DNA from: Malacoraja senta
Lineage: Eukaryota
DNA: 64,000 bases
Reading direction: 5' to 3'
Assembly (NCBI GenBank): GCA_038087875.1
Contig: JAXLNO010000446.1
Location: 558,001 to 622,000 of the forward strand
The position numbers and the translations under genes are program-made. Position 1 is the first letter of the stretch. The number at the start of each line of letters is the position of its first letter. The notes beneath the pieces are model-generated. The model was not told where the DNA came from. It did no database searches and worked only from the letters and a program-made list of their open reading frames with translations. Shown here piece by piece: positions 1 through 9,600 of this stretch.

Positions 1-190
1 CATTGGCTATATTTAAGAGGGAGTTATATGTGGCCCTTGTGGCTAAAGGGATCAGGGGGTATGGAGAGAAGGCAGGGATGGGATACTGAGTTGGATGATC
101 AGCCATGATCATATCAAATGGCAGTGCAGGCTCGAAGGGCCGAATAGCCTACTCCTGCACCTATTTTCTATGTTTCTATGTTTCTATGTT
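1..190 (+). mobile_element. CR1 LINE 3' end with (TTCTATGT)n tail
   Basis: Near-identical to the CR1 3' ends at ~38259-38450 and ~53345-53530. Confidence 0.88.
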
Positions 191-650
191 CATCAACTCC
201 AACGCCCAGGATCAAAGGGATCTACAGAGAGTGGTGGACAACTGCCCGGTCCATCATGGGTACTGACCTCCCCACCATCGAAGGGATCTACAGGAGGCGC
301 TGCCTCAACAAGGCAGCCGGCATCATCAGAGACCCACACCACCCTGGCCACCTCTCATCTCACTGCTACCATGGGGAAGAAGGTTCAGGAGCCTGAAAAC
401 CGTGACCTCCAGGTTCAAGAACAGCTTCTTCCCAGCAACCATCAGGCTCTTGAACACTACACAACACTAACCTCAGCAACTGTGATCTTCTATGGACTGG
501 GTCTTTGGCTGCCATATTATGTTTACCTGGTATTACAGTTATTAATTTATTGTAATTTTGACGATTTATGATGGTTATGGACCTAAGCTGCAGTAAGCGA
601 GGAGTTCATTGTTCCCTTGGTACATTTGGTAATTAAACACACTTGACTCA
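190..650 (+). mobile_element. Rex1/L2-like LINE 3' fragment
   Basis: TARSIMGTDLPTIEGIYRRRCLNKAAGIIRDPHHPGH, homologous to the ORF2 end at 48202-48522. Confidence 0.7.
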
Positions 651-1628
651 TGCCCCAAACTCTTGACTGAAGGACAACAGCTAAACGCAATACACAGTTA
701 GTTCTAATCTTCACACCGTAGCTCAGTCACTGCGCGTTTACCAACAGGTTCGGGAACTGCAGTTTCTAGCTATTTAAAAAAATAAATCTATGGAGGTAAG
801 CATAAAGATTAAAGAGGTATTTGGCAATGGGGCTATCTTTGCAGTTTTAAATAAAAGCGCAATGCTCTGATTAGTTCAGGCAATCTATACTTACACTGAC
901 CAACAGCATTTACAGTGTTAATATTGTTTGTAAAATCCTTTATATATTTCTATGTTGAAGCATGTGTACAGTGCTAAGCTGCGTTCATATACTTTGTAAA
1001 TCTACTTTATAAAATCTAAACGATATGTCCACTTTTTTTAAATTTCGATCATTAAGAGAGTCACTAAAGCTGTATGAAGGGTTGATATATTGTCAGCTAA
1101 TGATTGATGAAGCTGGCACACTAAGTGTGTACAGGAAGGAAGTGCAGATTTTGGTTTACGCTATTGTGTACCGTGACTTGTAATGTCCTGCACTATCCTG
1201 GGGCCTGTTCATGTGGCTTGTGACTACAATCACCACACATTTATCGTGGTGTCTACTGGGCGATAGATAGATTACTGTTGAATGTTCATGTCTTGGGACA
1301 ACTTCCTTGGGGGGATGGGCCAATGGCCATTGGGCAATGGACCTGCGCTTGGCTGTGGCAGCTTTCTACATAACACGCGGACCACGACTTCAGTATTCCA
1401 GGGGAAAGAGTTTCCTGGCACGAGAGACAAGTTATTTGTCCAGGGGATGGATGTCCCGATAGCCAGCATGGGGTGTTGGAAAGACCAGGCGTTTTCTTGT
1501 GGAGCTGAGACCCACCTGGTCAATTTGCCACTGGTCTGCACAACAGCACTGACTCCAACACGACACAGCCAACAACCAACCTTGGCAGCAAGCCACCAGG
1601 GACACGACTTCTTCACACTGAGGTCCCA

Positions 1629-1748
1629 TCAGAAGGGATTGAGCCGAATCCCGGTCCCCAGTGGGGAGAAGGGGTTGACCTTCGCCCACATTAGTGCAGC
1701 GTTGAGTGAGATCGCTGACTTGCCATCTTCTAGGATGAACACCGGTCC
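1629..1748 (-). CDS. WDR17: WD repeat-containing protein 17, last coding exon
   Basis: Minus strand reads cag|GGA... GPVFILEDGKSAISLNAALMWAKVNPFSPLGTGIRLNPF then TGA at 1631-1629. Matches the conserved WDR17 C-terminus as recalled. AG acceptor at 1750-1749, phase 0, consistent with the preceding exon. Confidence 0.93.
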   Translation of the reverse strand, partial: GPVFILEDGKSAISLNAALMWAKVNPFSPLGTGIRLNPF

Positions 1749-1789
1749 CTGGGGGAGGAACAAATGCTACAATTAAACAACATGCAGAC

Positions 1790-2165
1790 TGTACGAGGGG
1801 GGACCTCATTGAAACGTAACGAATGGTGAAAGGCCTGGATAGAGAGTGGATGTGAGCAGGATGTTTCCATGGGCGGGAGAGTCTAGGACCAGAGGGCACA
1901 GCCTCAGAAGAAAAAGGACGTTCCTTTAGCAATGAGATGAGGAGGAATTTCTTTAGTCAGAGGGTGGTGAATCTGAGGAATTCTTTGCCACAGACAGCTG
2001 TGGAGGCCGTCAATGGATATTTTAAAGGCAGAGATAGATAGATTCTTGATTAGTATGAGTGTCAAGGGTTATTGGTAGAAGGCAAGAGAATGGGAGGGAA
2101 AGATAGATCAGCCATGATTGACTGGCAGAGTAGACTTGATGGGCTGAATGGCCTAATTCTGATCC
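1790..2165 (+). mobile_element. CR1 LINE 3' fragment
   Basis: Similar to the other CR1 3' ends (SRTRGHSL and FFSQRVV motifs). Confidence 0.8.
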
Positions 2166-2661
2166 TATCATGAGCCATTTACAGTATAGATACAGAATAA
2201 AGGGAATAATGTGACTAACATTTAGTGCCAGATAAACCCAGTATAGTCTGAGGGTCACCAATGAGGTAGATAGTAGTTCAGCACTGCTCTCTGGTTGTGA
2301 TAGGATGCTTCAGTTGCTTGATAACAGCTAGGAAGAAAACGTCCTGAATCTGGAGGTGTGTGTTTTCACTTTTCTGTAACTTTTGCCCGATGGGAGAGGG
2401 GAGAAGAGGAAGAAGAGGCCAAGTCAATGGATATTTTTAAGGTGGCGATTGACAGATTCTGGATTATTATGGGGTTATGGGGAGAAGGCAGGAGAATGGG
2501 GTTGAGAGGGAGAGATAGATCAGTCATGATTGAATGGTGGAGTAGACTTGATGAGCCTGTGCCTAGCACTTAGGAACATAAACAGTGCAAGTTAAGTTGT
2601 CATGACAACAAGGGAAGTTTAATTTTTGCCACTCTGAACTGTGGACGGTAGCTCTCCACAC

Positions 2662-2842
2662 CTGTATGGGTGAGCCCGTGAGGCAGGAGATGTGGACGTC
2701 CGAGTGGCTGGGCAGGTTGGAGCCCGTGACGTAGTCTGGCCCGATCAGTCCTTGGATGGGTTCCTCCTGGATCCTGTCCAGCAAGATGGCGTAGGCTTCC
2801 CGCTGAGATTCAGACGGAGGGGTGTATGGCACATCCTCAAAC
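2662..2842 (-). CDS. WDR17: WDR17 penultimate coding exon (in-frame alternative acceptor could start it at 2848)
   Basis: FEDVPYTPPSESQREAYAILLDRIQEEPIQGLIGPDYVTGSNLPSHSDVHISCLTGSPIQ; donor CAG|GTGTGG at 2662/2661; two in-frame AG acceptors at 2844-2843 and 2850-2849. Confidence 0.9.
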
Positions 2843-2867
2843 CTGGAACTGTTTGTAAACATCAATA

Positions 2868-3510
2868 GTCAATGGTCAATGGTCAATGGTCAATGATTCA
2901 ATGGTCAATGGTCATTGGTTCAATGGTTCAATGGTCAATGGTCATTGGTTCAATGGTTCAATGGTCAATGGCCAATAGTCAATGGTCATTGGTTCAATGG
3001 TCATTGGTTCAATGGTTCAATGGTCAATGGTCAATGGTTCAATGGTCAATGGTTCAATGGTTAATGGTCAATGGTTAATGGTCATTGGTTCAATGGTCAA
3101 TGGTTCAATGGTCAATGGTTCAATGGTCAATGGTTCAATGGTCAATGGTTCAATGGTCAATGGTTCAATGGTCAATGGTTCAATGGTCAATGGTTCAATG
3201 GTTCAATGGTTCAATGGTCAATGGCCAATGATCAATGGTCAATGGTTCAATGGTCAATGGTCAATGGTCAATGGTTCAATGGTCAATGGTCAATGGTTCA
3301 ATGGTTCAATGGTTCAATGGTTCAATGGTCAATGGTTCAATGGTTCAATGGTTCAATGGTTCAATGGTTCAATGGTCAATGGCCAATGGTCAATGGTCAA
3401 TGGCCAATGGTCAATGGTTCAATGGTTCAATGGTTCAATGGTCAATGGTCAATGGCCAATGGCCAATGGGTCAATGGTTCAATGGTTCAATGGTCAATGG
3501 TTCAATGGGT
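2868..3510 (+). repeat. Mixed 7/8-mer microsatellite (AATGGTC/AATGGTTC)n
   Basis: Direct inspection; abuts a tttattgtcacgtgtacc retroposon end at 3513. Confidence 0.97.
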
Positions 3511-4264
3511 AGTTTATTGTCACGTGTACCAGGTACAGTGAAATACATGTTTTGCAAACAGACCAGCAAAATTATCCCTGTACATAAACACAATTCCCCC
3601 AGTTAGTACAGAACCCACCAAGTCCATAGGCAAGAGGTGACCATATTGGGGCCATTTTACAGTGCCAGCTGCAGCTGGTCACAAGAGCCCATTGCAACCG
3701 TCTGCTCCGGTCATCCCGCAAACCCTCATCCCTCTCCTCGCCCGGCCCGCTCCAGCCCAAGACATCGAGAGACACGGGCAGTTTGAAAGAATGCAGTTTA
3801 AAGCAGGGATTTCTTGCCGCACCACCAATGCATGGAATTGAGATTATCAGTTGTAGAAAACCAGCAGGACATCCTACATCAGGTCAAGAAATTAGATTCG
3901 CACGAGTAAGACGCCTGTTCCATAACTAAAAGAAGCGTTCATTCAATAACCTGGTGGTGCCCCCGTGCTGAAAAGGCAAATTTGGACAATAAATTAAATG
4001 CCTTATCAATACTGGTGTACTTCAATGCTGAGAATTATATTCTGCACTCTGTATCCTCCCCTTTGCTCTACCTGTTGTACTGGAGTTTGCCTTTGATTGT
4101 GTTGATGTATAGTATTACCTGATCGGTTTGTACAGCATGCAGAAAAAAGCTTTTCATTGCACCTCGGTACACGTGACAATAAACTAAATTAAACCTGAAA
4201 CCACCACCCTTAGTGTGAAAATGAAACCTCTCACCATCCTTTCTTTCCACTTAAATCTTTGTCC

Positions 4265-4465
4265 TTAGTTCTCGATTCCCTCTGTACCCATTTCCAGCTT
4301 GACAACATCTTTCCTATAACCGGGTGACCAAAACTGAACATAATACTCTAAATGTGGTCTCACCAACGTCTTATACAACTGCAACATGACCTCCCAACTT
4401 CTATAATCCAGGAAGGTCAATGTGCCAAAGGCTTTCTTGACCACCTGATCTACCTGGGCTCTCTC
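4265..4465 (-). mobile_element. CR1 ORF2 fragment
   Basis: LYKTLVRPHLEYYVQFWSP. Confidence 0.8.
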
Positions 4466-4540
4466 ATTGTACCTCAGGCTTTCGAGTCGTGCCAACTGCC
4501 TGAAAGGCGTGCTGGGTTTGATGAAGACTGATGGCCTTAC

Positions 4541-4639
4541 TTGCTGGTTGTCTGTGTACAGGCTATCCAGCTGTCCAACTCTGCCGATAGATCCTCAATC
4601 TTGGTCGGGACCGTCACTTCACGCCGCTTCAGGAGCTGG
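4541..4639 (-). CDS. WDR17: WDR17 third-last coding exon
   Basis: ttttgcag|C then [32 protein letters not shown] then AA|GTAAGG; 99 bp, phase 2-2, compatible with the next exon. Confidence 0.9.
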
Positions 4640-4654
4640 CTGCAAAACCAAGAG

Positions 4655-4902
4655 GAGACACAGTGATACAGAGTTACAGGGACACAGGGACACATAGATA
4701 CAGTGATACAGAGGCACGGAGACACGGAGTCACGGAGACACAGAGACACACAGAGACACACAGAGACACACAGGGACATACAGGGACACACAGGGACACA
4801 CAGGGACACACAGAGACACACAGAGACACACAGGGACACACAGGGACACACAGGGACACACAGAGACACACAGGGACACACAGGGACACACAGGGACACA
4901 CA
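4655..4902 (+). repeat. 10-mer minisatellite (CACAGGGACA/CACAGAGACA)n
   Basis: Direct inspection. Confidence 0.96.
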
Positions 4903-5040
4903 GTACCGTAATGCTCTTCCGTCCTCTTTGTCCAAGCTGACCACTGGTCAAGTCCCAATTGCCTGTATTTGGCCCATATTCCTCTAAACCCTTTCCATAT
5001 AAGTGTCCAAATGTTCTATAACAGTCTCCGTATAACCCTA

Positions 5041-5284
5041 GGGTGGCACAGTGGTGCAGCGGTAGAGTTGCTGCCTCACAGCTCCAGAGACCCGGGTTCG
5101 ATCCTGACTACGGGTGCTGTCTGTAAGGAATATGTACGTTCTCCCAGTGACCTGCGTGGGTTTTCTCCGGGTGCTCCGGTTTTCTCCCATATTCCAAAGA
5201 CGTACAGGTTTGTAGGTTAATTGGCTTTGGTAAAATTGTAAATTGTCTCTAGTGTGTAGTGTTTGTGTGCGGGGATCGCTGGTC
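5041..5284 (+). mobile_element. tRNA-derived V-SINE (HE1-like)
   Basis: A box TGGTGCAGCGG, B box GGTTCGATCC, core GTGGGTTTTCTCCGGGTGCTCCGGTTT. A more decayed copy lies at ~54575-54890. Confidence 0.85.
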
Positions 5285-5715
5285 ATAGAAACATAGAAAA
5301 TAGGTGCAGGAGGAGGCCATTCGGCCCTTCAAGCCAGCACCGCTATTCATTGTGATCATGGCTGATCGTCCCCTATCAATAACCCGGGTCTGCCTTCTCC
5401 CATATCCCTTGACTCCACTAGCCCCTAGAGCTCTATCTAACTCTCTCTTAAATCCATCCAGTGATTTGGCCTCCACTGCCCTCTGTGGCAGGGAATTCCA
5501 TAAATTCACAACTCTCTGGGCGAAAAAGTTTTTTCTCACCTCAGTCTTAAATGACCTCCCCTTTATTCTAAGACTGTGGCCCCTGGTTCTGGACTCGCCC
5601 AACATTGGGAACATTTTTCCTGCATCTAGCTTGTCCAGTCCTTTTATAATTTTATATGTTTCTATAAGATCACCCCTCATCCTTCTAAACTCCAGTGAAT
5701 ACAAGCCTAGTCTTT
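5285..5715 (-). mobile_element. CR1 LINE 3' end
   Basis: LGLYSLEFRRMRGDLIETYK...SRTRGHSL; tail seen as ATAGAAAC on plus. Confidence 0.9.
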
Positions 5716-5721
5716 TCAAAG

Positions 5722-6471
5722 GTACACAAAAATGCTGGAGAAACTCAGCGGGTGCAGCAGCATCTATGGAGTGAAGGAAATAGGCAACGTTTCGGGCCAA
5801 AACCCTTCTTCAGACTGATAGGGGGTGGGGGAGAAGAAAGGAAAAAAGGAAAAAAGGCGGAGGAGGAGCCCGAGGGCTGGGGGATGGGAGGAGACAACCA
5901 GAGGGCTGATGAAGGGGAGGGGACAGCAAGGGCTAGCAGAGTTGGGAGAATACAATGTTCAAGCCCCCAGGATGTAGACTGCCCAAGCGGAATATGAGGT
6001 GCATTTCCTCCAATTTCCGGTGTTGCTCGCTGTGGCCATGGAGGAGACCCAGGACAGAGAGGTCAGATACGGAATGGGAGGGGGAGTTGAAGTGCTGAGC
6101 CACCGGGAGTTCAGGTTGGTTATTGCGGACCGACCGGAGGTGTTCGGTGAAACGATCGCCAAGCCTCCGCTTGGTCTCACCGATGTAGATCAGCTGGCAT
6201 CTAGAGCAGCGGATGCAATAGATGAGGTTGGAGGAGATGCAGGTGAACCTCTGTCGCACCTGGAATGACTGCTTGGGTCCTTGAATGGAATCGGGGGGGG
6301 AGGTGAAGGGACAAGTGTTGCATCTCTTGCGGTTGCAAGGGAAAGTACCCGGGGAGGGGGTGGTACGGGAGGGAAGGGAAGAATTGACAAGGGAGTTACG
6401 GAGGGAGCGGTCTTTGCGGAAGGCAGACATGGGGGGAGATGGGAAGATGTGGCGAGTGGTGGGGTCACGTT
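5722..6471 (-). mobile_element. Penelope-like element 3' part: GIY-YIG endonuclease plus terminal region with hammerhead motif
   Basis: ORF 5933-6430: CNRKRCNTC...NLIYCIRCSRCQLIYIGETKRRLGDRFTEH...VAQHFN. Cut off by the gap. Confidence 0.9.
5783..5815 (-). ncRNA. Minimal type I hammerhead-ribozyme motif of the Penelope-like element
   Basis: Minus strand GT CTGAAGA A GGG TTTTGG CCC GAAAC GTT GC: conserved CUGANGA and GAAA boxes flanking a short helix II. Confidence 0.6.
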
Positions 6472-6671
6472 NNNNNNNNNNNNNNNNNNNNNNNNNNNNN
6501 NNNNNNNNNNNNNNNNNNNNNNNNNNNNNNNNNNNNNNNNNNNNNNNNNNNNNNNNNNNNNNNNNNNNNNNNNNNNNNNNNNNNNNNNNNNNNNNNNNNN
6601 NNNNNNNNNNNNNNNNNNNNNNNNNNNNNNNNNNNNNNNNNNNNNNNNNNNNNNNNNNNNNNNNNNNNNNN
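6472..6671. other. Assembly gap (200 N)
   Basis: Run of exactly 200 N, probably a fixed-size placeholder of unknown true length. Confidence 0.99.
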
Positions 6672-9600
6672 GTCCCGAGGCTGGCGTTGGGGTTCCGACG
6701 CTGGCGTTGGGGTACCGGGGCTGGCGTTGGGTTCAGAGGCTGGCGTTGGGGTTCCGAGGCTGGCGTTGGGGTTCAGAGGCTGGCGTTGGGGTTCCGAGGC
6801 TGGCGTTGGGGTTCAGAGGCTGGCGTTGGGGTTCAGAGGCTGGCGTTGGGGTTCAGAGGCTGGCGTTGGGGTTCAGAGGCTGGCGTTGGGGTTCAGAGGC
6901 TGGCGTTGGGGTTCAGAGGCTGGCGTTGGGGTTCAGAGGCTGGCGTTGGGGTTCAGAGGCTGGCGTTGGGGATCAGAGGCTGGCGTTGGAGTTCAGCAGC
7001 ACGTGTTGGGGTTCAGAGGCTGACTTTGGAGTCCGAGGCTGCGTTGGGTTTCCGAGGCTGGCGTTGGGGTTCCGGGGCTGGCGTTGGGTTCCGGGGCTGG
7101 CGTTGGGGTTCCGGGGATGGCTTTGGGTTCCGGGGCTGGCGTTGGGGTTCAGAGGCTGGCGTTGGGGTTCAGAGGCTGGCGTTGGGGTTCAGAGGCTGGC
7201 GTTGAAGTTCAGAGGCTGGCGTTGAGGTACAGAGGCTGGCGTTGGGGTACAGAGGCTGGCGTTGGGGTACAGAGGCTGGCGTTGGGGTACAGAGGCTGGC
7301 GTTGGGGTACAGAGGCTGGCGTTGGGGTACAGAGGCTGGCGTTGGGTACAGAGGCTGGCGTTGGGGTACAGAGGCTGGCGTTGGGATTCAGAGGCTGGCG
7401 TTTGGGTTCAAAGGCTGGCGTTGGGTTCAGAGGCTGGCGTTGGGTTCAGAGGCTGGCGTTGGGTTCAGAGGCTGGCGTTGGGGTTCAGAGGCTGGCGTTG
7501 GGATTCTGAGGCTGGCGTTGGGGTTCAGAGGCTGGCGTTGGGGTTCCGAGGGTGGCGTTGGGGTTCCGAGGGTGGCGTTGGGGATCAGAGGCAGGCGTTG
7601 GGGTTCAGCAACATGTGTTGGGGTGCAGAGGCTGGCTTTGGAGTCCCGAGGCTGGCGTTGGGGTTCTGAGGGTGGCGTTGGGGTTCCGAGGGTGGCGTTG
7701 GGGTTCCGAGGGTGGCGTTGGGTTCCGAGGGTGGCGTTGGGGTTCCGAGGGTGGCGTGGGGGTTGAGCGGCTGGCGTTGGGGGTAGAGCGGCTGGCGTTG
7801 GGGGTTGAGCGGCTGGTGTTGGGGGTTCAGCGGCTGCCGTTGGGGTTCAGTAGCAAGTGTTGGGGTTCAGAGGCTGGCTTTGGAGTCCCGAGGCTGGCGT
7901 TGGGGTTCCGAGGCTGGCGTTGGGGTACCGGGGCTGGCGTTGGGGTTCCGCTGCTGGCGTTGGGGTTCCGCTGCTGGCGTTGGGGTTCTGCTGCTGGCGT
8001 TGGGGTTCAGAGGCTGGCGTTGGGGTTCAGAGGCTGGGGTTGGGTTCAGAGGCTGGCGTTGGGTTCAGAGGCTGGCGTTGGGGTTCAGAGTCTGGCATTG
8101 GGGTTCCGGGGCTGGCTTGGGGTTCCGGGGCTGGCTTCGTGGTTCCGAGGCTGGCGTTGGGGTTCAGAGGCTGGCGTTGGGGTTCAGAGGCTGGCGTTGG
8201 GGTTCAGAGGCTGGCGTTGGGGTACAGAGGCTGGCGTTGGGGTACAGAGGCTGGCGTTGGGGTACAGAGGGTGGCGTTGGGGTACAGAGGGTGGCGTTGG
8301 GTACAGAGGCTGGCGTTGGGGTACAGAGGCTGGCGTTGGGATTCAGAGGCTGGCGTTGGGGTACAGAGGCTGGCGTTGGGGTTCAGAGGCTGGCGTTGGG
8401 TTCAGAGGCTGGCATTGGGATTCTGAGGCTGGCGTTGGGGTTCAGAGGCTGGCGTTGGGGTTCCTAGGCTGGCGTTGGGGTTCCGAGGGTGGCGTTGGGT
8501 GTTGAGCGGCTGGCGTTGGGGGTTGAGCGGCTGGCGTTGGGGGTTGAGCGTCAGGCGTTGGGGGTTCAGCGGCTGCCGTTGGGGTTCAGCAGCAAGTGTT
8601 GGGGTTCAGAGGCTGGCTTTGGAGTCCCGAGGCTGGCGTTGGGGTTCCGAGGCTGGCGTTGGGGGTACCGGCGCTGGCGTTGGGGTTCCGCTGCTGGCGT
8701 TGGGGTTCAGAGGCTGGCGTTGGGGTTCAGAGGCTGGCGTTGCGGTTCCGGGGCTGCCGTTAGGGTTCCGGGGCTGGCGTTGGGGTTCCGGGGCTGGCGT
8801 TGGGGTTCCGGGGCTGGCGTTGGGGTTCAGAGGCTGGCGTTGGGGTTCAGAGGTAGGCGTTGGGGTTCAGAGGCTGGCGTGGGGTTCAGAGGCTGGCGTT
8901 GGGGTTCAGAGGTCGGCATTGGGGTTCAGAGGCTGCGTTGGGGTTCAGAGGCTGGCGTTGGGGTTCCGAGGCTGGCGTTGGGGTTCCGGGGCTGGCGTTG
9001 GGTTTCCGGGGCTGGCGTTGGGGTTCAGAGGCTGGCGTTGGGGTTCAGAGGCTGGCGTTGGGGTTCGAGGCTGGCGTTGGGGTTCAGAGGCTGGCGTTGG
9101 GGTTCAGAGGCTGGCGTTGGGGTTCAGAGGCTGGCGTTGGGGATCAGAGGCTGGCGTGGGGGTTCAGAGGCTGGCGTGGGGGTTCAGAGGCTGGCGTCGG
9201 GGTTCAGGGGCTGGCGTCGGGGTTCAGGGGCTGCCGTCGGGGTTCAGAGGCTGGCGTCGGGGTTCAGAGGCTGGCGTTGGGGATCAGAGGCTGGCGTTGG
9301 GGTTCAGAGGCTGGCGTGGGGTTCAGAGGCTGGCGTTGGGGTTCCTAGGCTGGTGTTGGGGTTCAGAGGCTGGCGTTGGGGTACAGAGGCTGGCGTTGGG
9401 GTTCAGAGTCTGGCGTTGGGGTTCCGAGGGTGGCGTTGGGGTTCAGAGGCTGGCGTTGGGGTTCCGAGGGTGGCGTTGGCGTTCCGAGGCTGGCGTTGGG
9501 GGTTGAGCGGCTGGCGTTGGGGGTTGAGCGGCTGGCGTTGGGGGTTCAGGGGTTGCCGTTGGGGTTCAGCAGCAAGTGTTGGGGTTCAGAGGCTGGCTTT

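Noticed and set aside
1272..1776. ORFs of 114-166 aa
   Set aside because: They overlap the WDR17 last exon and 3' UTR in wrong frames or strand; no recognisable domain.
2872..4987. MVNGS/QWFNG and VCPCVSL repeat ORFs
   Set aside because: Microsatellite translations. Only the WDR17 exon at the end of ORF 4537-4944 is real.
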